A stretch of DNA of 64,000 nucleotides from Euprymna scolopes. Lineage: Eukaryota. The number at the start of each line of letters is the position of its first letter. Position 1 is the stretch's first letter. The translations under genes and the position numbers were made by a program. Of this stretch, positions 1 to 12,508 are shown one piece after another. The notes beneath the pieces were generated by a model. It did not search any database. It saw nothing but the letters and a program-made list of their open reading frames with translations, and was not told the DNA's origin. The stretch is taken from assembly GCA_053919585.1 (NCBI GenBank), contig CM132808.1. One strand, written 5' to 3'.

Positions 1-1972
1 ATATGGATTCCAACAACTTACTCATGACACACAGGAGACTTATTGGTCTGTACTGAGAGGGAGATGACTTATCCTTAAGGCAATGCTTAAACAGTTTCGT
101 AAGTATGGGAGCAAGTTCTGGTTGAAGCTTTTTTAACACTATAATTGGGATGCCGACAGGGCCAGTTGCTTTACTGGAATCAAGGTTCTTGATTAGCTTG
201 GTGACCTCATGCACAGATATTTGTATGTTACCTAGCACGTTCTGTGTTATAGGAGGAAATATGGGGAGTTGATGGCCTTCATCGCATAGGGTAGAATTAG
301 CTGCAAAGTTCTTGGCAAATAGTTTGGCCTTGTCTGATGCTGACGAGATGACCTCTGGTCCATTGATAATGGTTGGGATAGAACGCACACTTCTGTTCAG
401 GATCCTATTGTTATTTGCCAAAACTGGTGGGAACCAAGCTGCTGATCAGCTACTTTGGATTTAACGGACTGAGCATATAGCTCTTTTGCATTTTTTATTA
501 CTCTTTTACAGTGGTTGCCAGCGTTCCTGAAAGCAGCTTTAGTCTCAGTGCATGTATTACGTTGGTAGCTATGGAAAAAATGATTTCTGTGTGCGATGGC
601 AGCAGCACATTCAGGGGAGAACCATAGCTGGCTGTTAGGTTTTTGTTGGAATTTTTTAGATGGTATGAATCGGTCTATGCCTACAATAAACCATTCAGTC
701 AGGTCTAATACTATAGAGGTCACATCCTTTTTAAACATGGAATGCAGAGGTAGATCAGATATGAGTGTACGGAAGCTATCCCAGTCAGCCATGGAGTATC
801 AGTATACAGTATGGTGGAGAGGTACGTCTGGAGACTTATTACATTTCATTTTTATCTTAACTGATACGACGGAGTGGTCAGAGGATCCTAGAGGAGAAAG
901 AACGGAACATGAACATAGCTCAGGGGAAGTTGAGAGAAAAAGGTCTAGAAAGCTTGCATACTGACCTGTAGTATCGGGCACACGGGTGGGCTTGCAAACA
1001 ATCTGAGTGAGGTCATAAGCAATGGCAAAATCATGACAGAACCTCCCTTCATCATCTGTCTTATTTGAGTGGGTCAGCCATTCCACGTTATGGACGTTGA
1101 AGTCACCACAGATGTGAATGTTAGCCAAGGGATGTGCAGACAGGCTGTGGTCTATTTTCTCAGATATACACTTAAAGATAGTAACTCCGCTGTTATGGGG
1201 TCGATAGAGGGCAAATATAAATGAAGTGGTGTAAGCAAGTGCAACCTGGAAGCACATATAAGGTAAATTAGGATCTTCTCTAGAGATATCCCTGCCACAC
1301 GGGAAGAGCATCTTTAATGTAGGCACATATTCCATGCCCATGGCGATCTTGGGGGGGTCAGATTTAGATATTAAGTTAGAGTATCCGTTAATTATGAACT
1401 CATCTAGGGAAGTGGTCGGCCCTATTCCAGTTTTGCTTAGAAAGAATATGTCCGGTTTTGTCTCCTGTCATTGGGTTTCAACCTCTGGAAGGTTGGAACG
1501 TAGACCCCTGATGTTGGAGAAGGAGACATGGTAGTAGGGGTCTACGTTGGAAGATGGGGTTCTAGGTTTATTTGAGTTTTTTTTTTCTGGAGATATTTCA
1601 TGTTTAGGTTTTGGGATTTGTGGAACAGGTCGGCATACTTGGTTAGAGCAGGATCGAGAGGGAAAGTAAGAGAGAAAAGGGCAGGAATTTTTTTTTATGT
1701 AGCACATGATAAAGTAAAGCGGTAACAATTACCCACTAGTATGGCATCGAGAGGCCCTACTAGAGACTACTGCATGGTCCAGAATCCATTCACCAAATGG
1801 CGATACAGCATCCCCAGTACTTTGCACCTGCTGATAGGACAGCCTCCTTAGTGGTTAATCCAAGGTTCGGGTCCCTGACTATCAGGCGGATAATGTAAGC
1901 CCAGACAAAACGTTTACCTCCAGCACCCTTACTAGTGACATAGCCACAAGGATAGACGTAGAGACATAGCTA
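1..1972 (-). mobile_element. CR1/L2-group non-LTR retrotransposon, 5' half (5' UTR, APE endonuclease, linker, start of RT), disrupted; continues beyond the window start
   Basis: Minus-strand ORF pieces 1468-1728, 799-1341 and 397-792 carry APE motifs (FSNIRGL, ICGDFNVHN, LDLFL, LGSSDH) and the WFSPECAAAI linker. Bases 1-400 translate to the pre-RT region (GPVGIPIIVLK..PELAPIL). Broken by frameshifts and stops. Confidence 0.9.
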
Positions 1973-3070
1973 TTTTGAAAGATTTCTTCTCTGCAGTTTA
2001 CTATGGAATGTGAGAAAGACAACACTCTTCTCTTCTTGGACGTTCTTGTTGAACGTTCAAGAGTTGGCTTTCTCACTATCATTTACAGGAAGCCGACTTT
2101 TACTGGCCTCTATGTGAACTGGTCTTCTTTTGTACCTAAATCGCGTAAAATCGGCTTAATTAATACGTTGGTACATAGAGCCCTCATGATTTGTTCATCT
2201 GTTAAATTGGACGCTGAACTGGATAAGATCACGTACATTTTTATTAGTAATGGTTACCCCGAAGACCTTATTAATGATTGTATAAATAAAAAAAGTTGCT
2301 GATTTTAAATCTCCTAAAATATTTGGCCCATAAAATTCCCCGGTTTACTTAAAATTGTCATGGATAGGGGATAATGGTACAAAATTAAGTAAACAGATTG
2401 TTAGAAGTATTAATAATTGTATTTACTTTGTTTCCTTGCGTCTGGTATATACTATTAGATCTGCGTTTCCGTCTTTTTGCAAGGATTACATCCAAGCCTT
2501 ACATCAAAAATAGTAACATTATTTATCAATTTAAATGCCAGTGTGATGCTGGTTATGTCGGGAGGACTTCTTTGCATTTGAAGACTCGTATAAACCAGCA
2601 CATTCCATCCAAGATTAGACAGGGTAGAGCGGGATCTGTGAGTCTCCCTTCCTTTACAGTTTTAGACTCCGCTATTGGCCAGCATCTGGTTGAGAATCCT
2701 TGTTGTGCCAATCAGTATAAAATAGAGACGTTTGGGACTTAACAGAGTGGATTCTAAAAATCATTTAAAAATTTTAGAATCTGTCTCTATCGCAATTTGT
2801 AAACTTTCTTTGTACTGGCAGAAGGAATTGTTAAAAGCATTAAATATCTTTGGGAAACTCTGACCCCCCCCCCCCATCGCGGTGCTATTTTTATCGCTTT
2901 TTACACGCTTTATTAAATTAAATTATTGGCTTTAATCATCCTTTTTTGACACGTTTAATTTATAAAAGATCCCCCATTGCTCTTTTTTTCGTCATTAATA
3001 TTATTTCAATGCTATCGATTTCTCCTGATGAGATGATGGGTGAAGGGCTCTTGAGAGATTTCCACTTACT
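1973..3070 (+). mobile_element. Penelope-like element 3' part: RT C-terminus, GIY-YIG endonuclease and 3' pseudo-LTR, decayed
   Basis: ORF 2003-2302 (FLDVLV..IYRKPTFTGLY..NGYP) and ORF 2398-2742 (NIIYQFKCQCDAGYVGRTSLHLKTRINQH..SAIGQHL) are typical PLE motifs. Followed by an HHR-like motif and a (TA)n tail. Confidence 0.9.
3019..3058 (+). ncRNA. Degenerate minimal hammerhead ribozyme in the Penelope pseudo-LTR
   Basis: tttctc-CTGATGA-gatgatgggt-GAAG-ggctc-TT-gagaga. GAAA is mutated to GAAG and helix II is broken. Homologous to 34258-34298. Confidence 0.65.
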
Positions 3071-3072
3071 TT

Positions 3073-3138
<66 letters not shown>

Positions 3139-4172
3139 TAAAACTCAAATGGCCTTGTAATGAGTGTTGTAACCACACATCCAGTTTACGACTTCCGATT
3201 GCGCATGTGTACATAAACATATACCCATAACAGCGTAAACAAATAAACACAAATTGCTACTTTTGCAGAATTTGACCTACGGACTGAAATATTAGCGTTA
3301 TTATTTAGAAATTATTATTTAACATGGGAAGGGTGGGGATGTTTTACAACCATTCTGTATTACAACTATACTGTCGCAATATTCTTACAAATAAATCAAC
3401 TTTGACACGTTGACAACTACAAGAGCATTTTACAACGGCGATTTACCCACGTTTTTTTTTTTAATTTATTCTCCATTTTTTAACACATTTCTTAAAAACA
3501 TTCATGCATTTTCTTCTACACTACCAACATAAATAAATAACCCCGAAAATGTTTTTTTTTTACAAATAAATAATCAACACAATAAAACGTATTGTTTTAC
3601 TGTGTACGTTTTCAGCATCCCAATTGTTTTTTTTTCGTGTTTAAATTATCCAAATAAACAATTGTTAATACTTTCTGCTTTTTTTTTTACATCGTTCATT
3701 TTCACATTGTCTTAATTAGTTTTATTGATCTTATTATTAACATAAATTAAATAATTGACCCAATGGGTCATGAATGTTTGTTTAAAATAAATGAAAAAAG
3801 TTACATTTTATTTTCATTTTCTATTTAAAAAGCCATTCTTAACATGGGGAGAGCGTTTTTAACTATTCCGTACTTTCAACTAACAATTTCATTTAAAAAA
3901 GATATATCAAAATTTGAATTTAACTTTAAGTATTATGGTATCTGTTCAGTGCACATTTACCTATAAGTATGACAAACCACTTATAATTCAATGGCTGTAA
4001 GTTTTTTTTTTAAATAAACAATTATAAACAGAACGACTCATAGAAATCTATCTATATTCTTTTTTCATTTTAATATACTTTCATAGAAATGCTTCTGTTA
4101 TGTCACAAAAAGTATTTTCTTTACGTCAGAAGTGTCACGCTCATACATTAATTCCATAGCTAATCTAACATA

Positions 4173-4199
4173 CTGACCCAACGGGTCACGGGTAGTCTA

Positions 4200-4201
<2 letters not shown>
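4173..4201 (+). mobile_element. Helitron-like 3' terminus (hairpin + CTAG); an opposite-orientation end of the same family starts at ~4441
   Basis: tgaccc-aac-gggtca hairpin, then cgggtagtCTAG-t. The sequence actagactacccgtg at 4441 is the reverse complement of this end. A similar hairpin lies at ~3756. Confidence 0.55.
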
Positions 4202-4264
<63 letters not shown>

Positions 4265-4367
4265 CAGTATGTCTGTCTGTCTCCATTATTTAAAACTACA
4301 TCTCAACTGAGACGCAAAGTCACAGAGCGCACGAGGTGAGTCAGATGATTTTGTTTCTGTGGATTGT

Positions 4368-4441
<74 letters not shown>

Positions 4442-4879
4442 CTAGACTACCCGTGTCGTATATGTTATAGCTAGCTATGGAATAGTGAGTATACAGAATT
4501 AATGTATGTGCGAGGAAATAAACATGGCGACCAGTGAAAACAATACGAAATACATTGAATAATAAAGGTCTTAACATCATTGCCCTCGGACTAAATGAAA
4601 AATCCTTTATATAATGGGGGTGTATCACGTTGACAAAAAATTGAAAAACGACAAAAAGAAAAACAAATACAAGGAACGGGTGTGCATTGTACAGGTCCAC
4701 CCTATATTTTGTGTGTATTTACAGCCTTAGAAATATCAAGAAATGATAATTAATTCAGTGATATTTAACGGTGAGGCCTTTTTTTAAAAATAAATAAATA
4801 AAAAGCCCCCCCCACCCCCACCCCTACACGTTTTGAAGCGTTTCTGCGTATTTTTAATTTTATTCAGTTAACTACCGAT

Positions 4880-5553
4880 TTGATCCTGGAGTCAAGTGAT
4901 GGATCTGTGTTTCATCCATGGTGTCATATATTGGAGCAAAAGCTTTTTTGCTGTAAGGAAACAACGCTCTATCCACCATGTTGTTTTTGCTCAAATATGT
5001 GCAAGCGCAACACTCACTTCAACACATCTTTCTCATTGAGAAATATTCATGCAAAATAGTGTATGCATTGGTTCGTAACACATTCAACATATTCATGCTA
5101 TGTCATGCAACTTCAATTTACAAAGGGATAAAATGAGTTTGTGGACTTTTTCGTATTTTCTGGAACAACTGCCGAATTAAAGAAACCTAAACATTCAGCA
5201 TCAATTGTGTCTATACAACCGCGTAGTATACCACTACTTAGCCGTTATTTCCAACAGATCGGAGTCCAAATAACACTTATTATGTCATAGCTTTGTTTGA
5301 ACAGTAATTTCCCACCAGAAAACAATGTTTTATAAACGCACCAAGTTCATATTTCCCCACTGTTTTTTTTTATTTTATTTTTTTTTTAATTTAAAACAGT
5401 AGCTTAAATAACTGTTAGTTGTAAACTAATAATCCCATTTTACTCAATTTTGAAACGTGCGATTTGAAGGTTAGTACTTTATACAATCATATGTATTTAT
5501 TATTACTGAAGTCATTTATTTGTCAGGATAAGGACTTACTAATTGACGTTATA
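4880..5553 (-). mobile_element. Decayed mariner-like DNA transposon fragment
   Basis: Minus strand gives a degenerate HTH-region translation (KKSTNSF..KLKLHDIA) resembling mariner transposases. Ends in TA next to a (TA)n tract. No open ORF. Confidence 0.5.
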
Positions 5554-5607
5554 TATTGACAAGGTCTTTGTGGTCCCAATGGAGTACAGTACATCATAAA
5601 CATGAAT

Positions 5608-5669
<62 letters not shown>

Positions 5670-6546
5670 CTAGCATTTCAGCCCGGCGTTGCCCGGGTGT
5701 TTAGATGTGTATGTTGAGCAAAAAAAAAAAAAAAAGTTGTAGTAGGAAGGCAAGCTCAAACCCGTACCGCGAAGAAGGAAAAGAACGGGGGAAAAAACCT
5801 GACGTCTTTGCTGTTATGACCATCGCCAAACTGGAAGTGACTTATGTTTAAATTAAGGCTAGACAATCGAAAGTAGAGAATGACTTTCAAAAATATCGGC
5901 AAGAAAAGGGACCCCCTTGTAGAAAAGTGCTCAGTTGAAGGTGAAGATATTAATGTTTTTAGCCAATTTTTCGATATTTGTCGTCTGGAAGGTCGAATTC
6001 AAAACGATACTGATCTTGTGAAAATCCGTCACCTCTGTCGAAAGTTTTAGGTAGACATGCAAACATACATACATACATTTATATATTGGTAACTAAAAAT
6101 TTTCTACTCAAACTGATTAAAAAGCTTGCCCTATCTCTGAATACCCTTTATGTCAAATTTCAAAGGTTTAGGCCAGAAATTGTCTGAGTAATTTGGTAGA
6201 GACCACAGAGGTCATTTTTTTTAACTTTGACCCCTATTATGATCCTCTTAACCTTTATTGTTTTGGGCTCAAATCAAGTTATTAAGTTAGATCCATGTCC
6301 AAGGAACCTATATCTAAAATTTCAAGTGTTTAGACCCAAAATTGGCGGAGGAGTTTGGTAGAGTTCTCAAAGGTCAAATCGTTGAACTTTGACCCCTTAA
6401 CAGCCAAATTTCTGGCCGAAAATGGATTACAAAGATTTTCCCAAATCTCAGTACCTTGGATATCAAATTTCGAATCTGTAGACTTAAAATTGACAGTTAT
6501 TGCGTAGGGAAATGTACACACACAGACACACAGACAGACAGGCTCA

Positions 6547-6552
<6 letters not shown>
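5670..6552. mobile_element. Non-autonomous Helitron-like (Lep1/HINE-type) element(s)
   Basis: Starts actagcatttcag-cccggcgttgcccggg (CTAG plus GC-rich hairpin) and ends in an (acac/acag)n microsatellite followed by ttttatata. The same start recurs at ~6852. Confidence 0.5.
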
Positions 6553-6583
<31 letters not shown>

Positions 6584-6798
6584 TTGAGTTTTCCAGGAAC
6601 TTTTTTCTTCTTGCAACATTATATGGTCATGCATTTTTTCTATGTAAGCAAAGAATTTCTACTTTTTCTAAAGAGTATATGCATGAAAAGAGCCGGTATT
6701 GACGTAAACCGTTTGTTTCTATAAAATGTAGCGAAATTTTAACATGTTTTGCATGAAAAATAAATATTTAGATCTTGGAATGTAACTATAGTGTTATT

Positions 6799-6853
<55 letters not shown>

Positions 6854-7329
6854 TAGCATTTCAGCCCTGTTAAGGGGTCAAAGTTCAACGATTAAATGTG
6901 TTAGATAATGGACATCAATAAATAAATATTCCCCAAATTCTAATTTCTTCAAAGGATTTTAAAAGGCATAATATAGATATAATCTCTAATTTGAAAATTT
7001 AAATATATCAGATTTGCATCAAATTTGATCCATAGTCGTTTCAATGTTTTAGTCTTTATATTTGAACCTTGGGAATCGTACAATCTAGAGTTTCCTCTAA
7101 CGTCACCAGACCTCGCTGCTGGGAGAGGTTTGAATGGCAGTGTCATTCTAATCTGTTTGTACTTTCTCTCTCACTCCCTTTCTCTCTCTTTCTGTTATTG
7201 GTAAAACATCTATAGTTATCCTTGCACCCCCTCTCTCACAGAAGAGACGTTGCTAGTTTTTTCTCTAATCTATCATTATTTCCCTGACTGAAACCTAATC
7301 TTTGGTCCCTTGCAATAACTCCTCTTACT

Positions 7330-7647
7330 ACCTCCTCTGCAAAGAATTTTGTTTTTTTTTCCATATATCTTAAGCTAATAAAAATTTCCATGAACAGAGT
7401 TTCTTTCAAAGGACTTCCTTCGGCGTAACACATTACAGTGAGATTGCTTCTCTGCAGATTATAATATGGCCACTTTCAAGTCCAATGTAAACGAATACTT
7501 ATTGAGATGTCCTCTTAAATAGTCAAATTATAATCAGTCTGACAATCTTTTTCAATCACGGTGTTTCCTCATCCAGTTGTCAATTTCATTATCCCTTATC
7601 CTCAAGTAGCTTTTGTCCTTGGTAAGTGGTGACTCATTAGTATAAAA
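7330..7647 (+). mobile_element. CR1-group LINE 3' end fragment
   Basis: Homologous to the 3' end of 8228-8910, including the cccttatcc...ccttg(a/g)taagtggtgac tail. Confidence 0.65.
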
Positions 7648-8227
7648 GGCCGTTTCTGTGCCATGTAACCAATTCTATGGTAGAATTATCAAAGCTTTTT
7701 GAATCAACCTTAAGTAAAACATATCCCACTGACCAAGGACGAAATTTCTATTATTCTCCCTTTACTTTTTAGGGTTTTTCAATATGGGACATGTTTGTCA
7801 TTCTCAAATTTTGACGAAAAGAATGAGATTTCTCTGTTTTCCAAAAATAACCTTCTTCTTGAAACAACAATACTAGCCTCTGGTGCTAACAGATCAGGCT
7901 GTCTGAAGATACTGGTTTCCTTCTCTAAAATGCATTGATGTTATTGCTCATGCTCTGAAAAGTAAAGAAAAAACAAACAAAAAAAAAATATTCTTTTAAA
8001 AAAAAACTATTAAAAGATCCATTTTTCACATCGGAAAATGGCACACATTTTTCCAATTCCGATACTGATTGCGATATTCAAAAAGTTCTGATTTTTCCTA
8101 TTTTTGATTCCAATTCCAGTTGAATGTCATAACACTAGTTTAGAATGTACCAGATTATCCTGACTTTCTGATCAAAAATTATTTGCCAAATGATTCTACG
8201 GATTCAACTTCAAAACAACCAAGATCC

Positions 8228-8910
8228 CTCTTTTTTTTTTTTTTTACACATGGTAGTCACCACTTATCAAGGCCCGGAAGCCACTCAGGGATAAGGGATA
8301 TTGCAAGTACAGTACGTTAGTGTGGAGATTTGATGAAGTGTTTACTTAAGGGGGCGGTTCATTAGGAATTTGTTAACATTGGACTTGAAGACATCCAAGT
8401 TGTAGTCAGGTGGGAAGCAGGCAGACAGAACAGAGTTCCACAGGCGTGCAGTTCTAAGAAAGAAGTTTTGTTCATGGAATCCGCGTTTTGATTTAGGCAC
8501 AGATAAAGAGTGGGGGAAATTTTTCACAGTGGATTCAGCTAGACGGGTGTTTTTCGTGAAAAATTGGTGAGGGGGGACCAGAGATTGGAGCTCAGACGAG
8601 CACCTGCCATGGAAATAATGATAAAACAAGGATAGGCTCGCAATGTCTCTTCTGTGGGAGAGAGGTTGCGGGGTAGAGAAAAGGGCATTCCCCACTAAGC
8701 CACAAAGTCTATTTTGTACTCTGTCAAGGCAGGATAGGCTGTTTTTAGCAGCTTCTGCCCAGATATGGCAGCAGTATTCCATCCTTGGACGTACTTGGCT
8801 TTTATATAGATACAGAATTGCTTTAGTAGTGAGATATCTTCTGGAGCGGTAGAAGGATCCCACCATCTTTCCAGCGACCTTGGCAACATACCTGATGTAC
8901 GTGTTCCATC
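8228..8910 (-). mobile_element. CR1-group LINE 3' fragment (RT C-terminus, 3' UTR, poly-A)
   Basis: ORF 8342-8866 (LYLYKSQVRPRMEYCCHIW..LSHRR..RTARLWNS), 3' UTR stem and A-tail (T-run at ~8231-8245). Confidence 0.9.
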
Positions 8911-9417
8911 TTTTGGGTTATTTGTTTATAATTAGACTGATTAAAAAGTTTGTCCACCACGTAAAACTAAATGCATTATAATGCAACAATTTATTCAAAA
9001 ACAATACTTTTCGAAATAAAAATATATCATTTTCCATGATTTTCTGCTCACAGATTGCAAACTTTTAGATTTTATCAAAATATACGATTATCTGGAATCC
9101 CCCAAACTCCCAGTCGTGGAAACCTTGACAGAAATTACAATTCTTTTCTGCAAATAGGGTATTAAAGAAAATGACCTCACAAACATTTCCATTTTCAAAT
9201 ATATTACATCACAAATGGTCATTCTGTTAACCCTCTCCTCTTGACGAGGTCTATGAATCTCATCAGATTCTTTTCTCATCAACCAGAGTTAAGGTTGTTG
9301 TCTAGATATTAGTTTATCAAGTTAACTCATGACATGGACACGAAATCTGTCTCTACACCAGAAACAGGGTTCCATGTAGCAGAGACATCTCCCCCCCCCC
9401 AAAAAAAAAAAAACTTC

Positions 9418-9715
9418 TTTTTTTTTTTTTTAACTCACGTTCATCCCTAACAAGGCATATCACCACTTGGACATAAGAGACTACTATTTAAGACCATGCC
9501 TAGGAAAGATTAACAAGATGTTGGTTTACATTACATTTAAACGTCTGCATATTAGTGCAGTCAGGAAAGCAGGTAACAGGAAGGAAATTCCAAAGTCCAA
9601 CAGTTCGAGGGAAGAAACTATTAGAATAGAAAGCTTTCTGGCATTTAGGAACCTCAACAGTGAAGGGTGTGATTTGGTTGCTAAGCAGTTTGTGGAGATA
9701 TGTACTGTCATTGAG
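9418..9715 (-). mobile_element. CR1-group LINE 3' end (second subfamily)
   Basis: ORF 9500-9718 (FYSNSFFPRTVGLWNFLP) and a 3' UTR matching 14280-14330. Confidence 0.85.
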
Positions 9716-10104
9716 CAAATATCCTAAAAAAAGTTGACAAAATTTCTCTTTATCTTTCTGCTACCATTTATGTCTGTGTTGATTTAAATGTCCACAATAT
9801 AAAATGGCTAGTCCACTCTGACAAATTATAGTTTGTTAGTATTTAAGAAAACATGAAGAAGAAAATGACAACGATTTTCGATTACAATATATTTTATTTA
9901 ACTTGATTATAGGATATCCAGTTCCTTTGTTAAAAGTCAAGAATGGGAAGAGTAAACGTTTCTATATTGCATGATCTTACATATGTTTCTTTTCGAAAGT
10001 TTACTCAGCTACTGAAATCAAACTTCAAATCCCTTTTATGATAAAATTAATCTATTATATAACTACCATTTCAATCATCTTAAGATCATTTGTATTATTT
10101 TTGA

Positions 10105-10750
10105 TTATTCAAATTACTGTTCTCATCTTGAGTGTTATTTATACAACGTTTTAGCTAATATAAGCATCCAATATTCTTTATATTATATCTTGTCGAACTC
10201 GGAAATCTGCCTGTCAAACTCGAGAATCTACATGGAATTCCGAATGGAACTCTTTATTTAATCCATAGGGATAGCATGCCCTTGTGCCATCAGCCATGAC
10301 CGAGTAAAGAATTATATTCTTAGCATCACCTGCACTTATGACCCAAGACATAACAGATAAAGTAAAAGGTAAAATTCAGTGAACATTCAATCCTCAGTGC
10401 AGGCGATACTAAGAATACAATTGCAAATTACTTAAAACACTTCTTCTTTATCTGGTCGTGGCTGATGGAACGAGGGAATGCTATCTCTGTGGATTAAATA
10501 AAGGGTTCGGTTTGAAATTGCGTGCAGATTCGCGAGTTTGAGAAAAAGATTCCAGGGTTTGACAAGATCCACCTGAAGAGGATCAGAAGTTACATTGGCC
10601 GAAACGATGACGACATGTTCCTCTTGACCATTGTACACTCATTAACCCTTATCCTCAAGTGGCCTCTGGGCCTTGATAAATGGTGACTTCTTTGTAAAAA
10701 AGAAACGTTTGAATAACTATCAAGATAAGAACAGTATTCCAAATAATCCA
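10105..10750. mobile_element. Foldback element with HHR-like motifs in both arms (cacCTGAAGA family); a CR1 3' tail is inserted at ~10610-10700
   Basis: 10105-10280 is the reverse complement of 10478-10750. cacCTGAAGA..ttggccGAAAcg at 10570-10611. Confidence 0.7.
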
Positions 10751-11974
10751 AATGTATGAATCATAAATAGCCATTGAAAAATTTAAAAACTATCTAATAA
10801 TCAGTGACCATGATGTGTCCAGTATCTCTTTGAACTTTTTAGACATTTTTAGACTGACCACAGGTAGTGTTCAGTGGATACAGATCATAATAGGCCGCAT
10901 AGGACTGTCTACCTTGAGACAGTCCATTAAATTTGATTTTAAATATTGATGAAGCAAGTCATGCCATCTTGTTGCTGGTCAATTAAGTGGGCACGATATA
11001 TATCAGCATCCTTTCTCTCATAGTTCATGTTGATCAGTCGCCTATCCTTTAAAGGTGGGTATTCAATTTCTTATTTGACTTGTCGTTCAAATCGAATGTG
11101 TTTGTCACCCTGCTTGCTGCCTGCATCTGCTCATTGTAAACCTGAGTGATGATCAGTTCTGCCAATTTGCAGCTGTAATTGATCAGGTTTCTGACAGCTC
11201 TATGTCGTTGACCAGGTCGGCCCTGATATTAGGGCCCTTATTTACTTATCTCATAGGGGCAAAGTTAGACACAAGGTCGGTTTTAATGTGGGGAAACAAC
11301 CAACTCCCTCAAAAGAGGCACTCTGGATTAGGACAAAATAAAAACTGCATCAGTCCAGAAGGATTTCCCCTTTACTAACTTATGACAGAAAAGATGTGGT
11401 GTAGTATTATGACCGATATACACTTTGTTCCAAGCCAAAACACCTGACCTGATGTTGGGGGTCAATCCTCTTGTTGCTGGCCACTGTTATAATAATGGTA
11501 TAGCTGACCATGGTGTTTCTTTTTCATGACTGATCCTGTGTTTTGTGGTTAGTTCCTGGTAGGTAGATGTAGTTGTCAGTTTGTACCATCTAACACTTAT
11601 GATGACGTCACTGGGGCATTAGGCATTATGTTCATCTTTTCCATATTGAGCTAGAACATGACAGCGCTGCCAGCTTCAAGATTAATACCATGCAGTTCAC
11701 ATCGCAACAACAAGAAGTCAATAAAGAGTACATATCACCATTACAGGAAGTAAACAGATGCTACAACACCAAGATCACCAAGGTCACCAAGATAACCAAG
11801 GTCACCAAGGTCACCTTGTTTGAGACGTTACTGCAAATCCTTGTTAGCTGCAAGATCAAACAGAGCAGCTATCATTTCCTCAAACTGTTTATCTCCAGCT
11901 TAAAATATTCCATCAAATTGATTGGGACAGGCATTAAAATCAATAGCCACTAGCACAACCATCTTTTTTTGTTT

Positions 11975-12205
11975 TTATGGAAACCAATCCAGACAGGACA
12001 TGAAACCATCTGATGTAAGGAACTAAAAATATAATACTTCAAGGTCAAAAACTCGCCAATGATAAGTATTAGATAAATAGATTTTGATCCAGAAAACAGG
12101 AATTCCTACCCCTTTGTCAAAAACGTCACTCATAGAATGTGAGAACTAAGGGACAAAATAAAGGAAGTGAAATTTATAAGGTTGGTGAAAGTAAACCCAA
12201 GTAAA
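11975..12205 (+). repeat. Dispersed ~230-bp repeat (other copies 45350-45580 +, 46298-46530 +, 48070-48285 -, 58860-59070 -)
   Basis: Shared blocks ttttatggaaa..cagacaaggcatgaa.cca.ttgatgtaaggagctaaaaa and catcgctcatggaatgtgaggactaaaggacaaaataa. Confidence 0.8.
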
Positions 12206-12366
12206 CAAGGTTCATCTATGCTTCGCCAACGACATTGTGCCGGTCAGCCACTTGTGGTTGATGTGAAATAGCTCTTGGTCGAATGTGATGGAAATCAGTC
12301 ATTACTTATAATGATTACTTACTTAAATAATTAATCAAAATGATATCACAAATATTATATGCCCTA

Positions 12367-12473
12367 TATGGCACATTGACACACTGGTTCTCGCCAAATC
12401 ACCAAAGTTAAGCAACATTGAGCCTGGCAAGTACCAGATGGGCGACCATTTGGAAAGGCTAGGCACTGTATGT
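12367..12473 (+). mobile_element. 5S rRNA-derived SINE head / 5S pseudogene
   Basis: ttgacacactggttctcgccaaatcaccaaagttaagcaacattgagcctggcaagtaccagatgggcgacc is colinear with metazoan 5S rRNA, including the box A and box C regions. Confidence 0.85.
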
Positions 12474-12508
12474 ATTGCGAGGTAAAATACCAGGTTGAGA
12501 AACTAGCA

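Noticed and set aside
1740-1972. Minus-strand cctgatagtcagggacccgaac in the CR1 5' UTR looked like a hammerhead core
   Set aside because: CUGAUAG and GAAC do not match CUGANGA/GAAA, and no helix I/III closes. An HDV-like ribozyme could not be assessed by eye.
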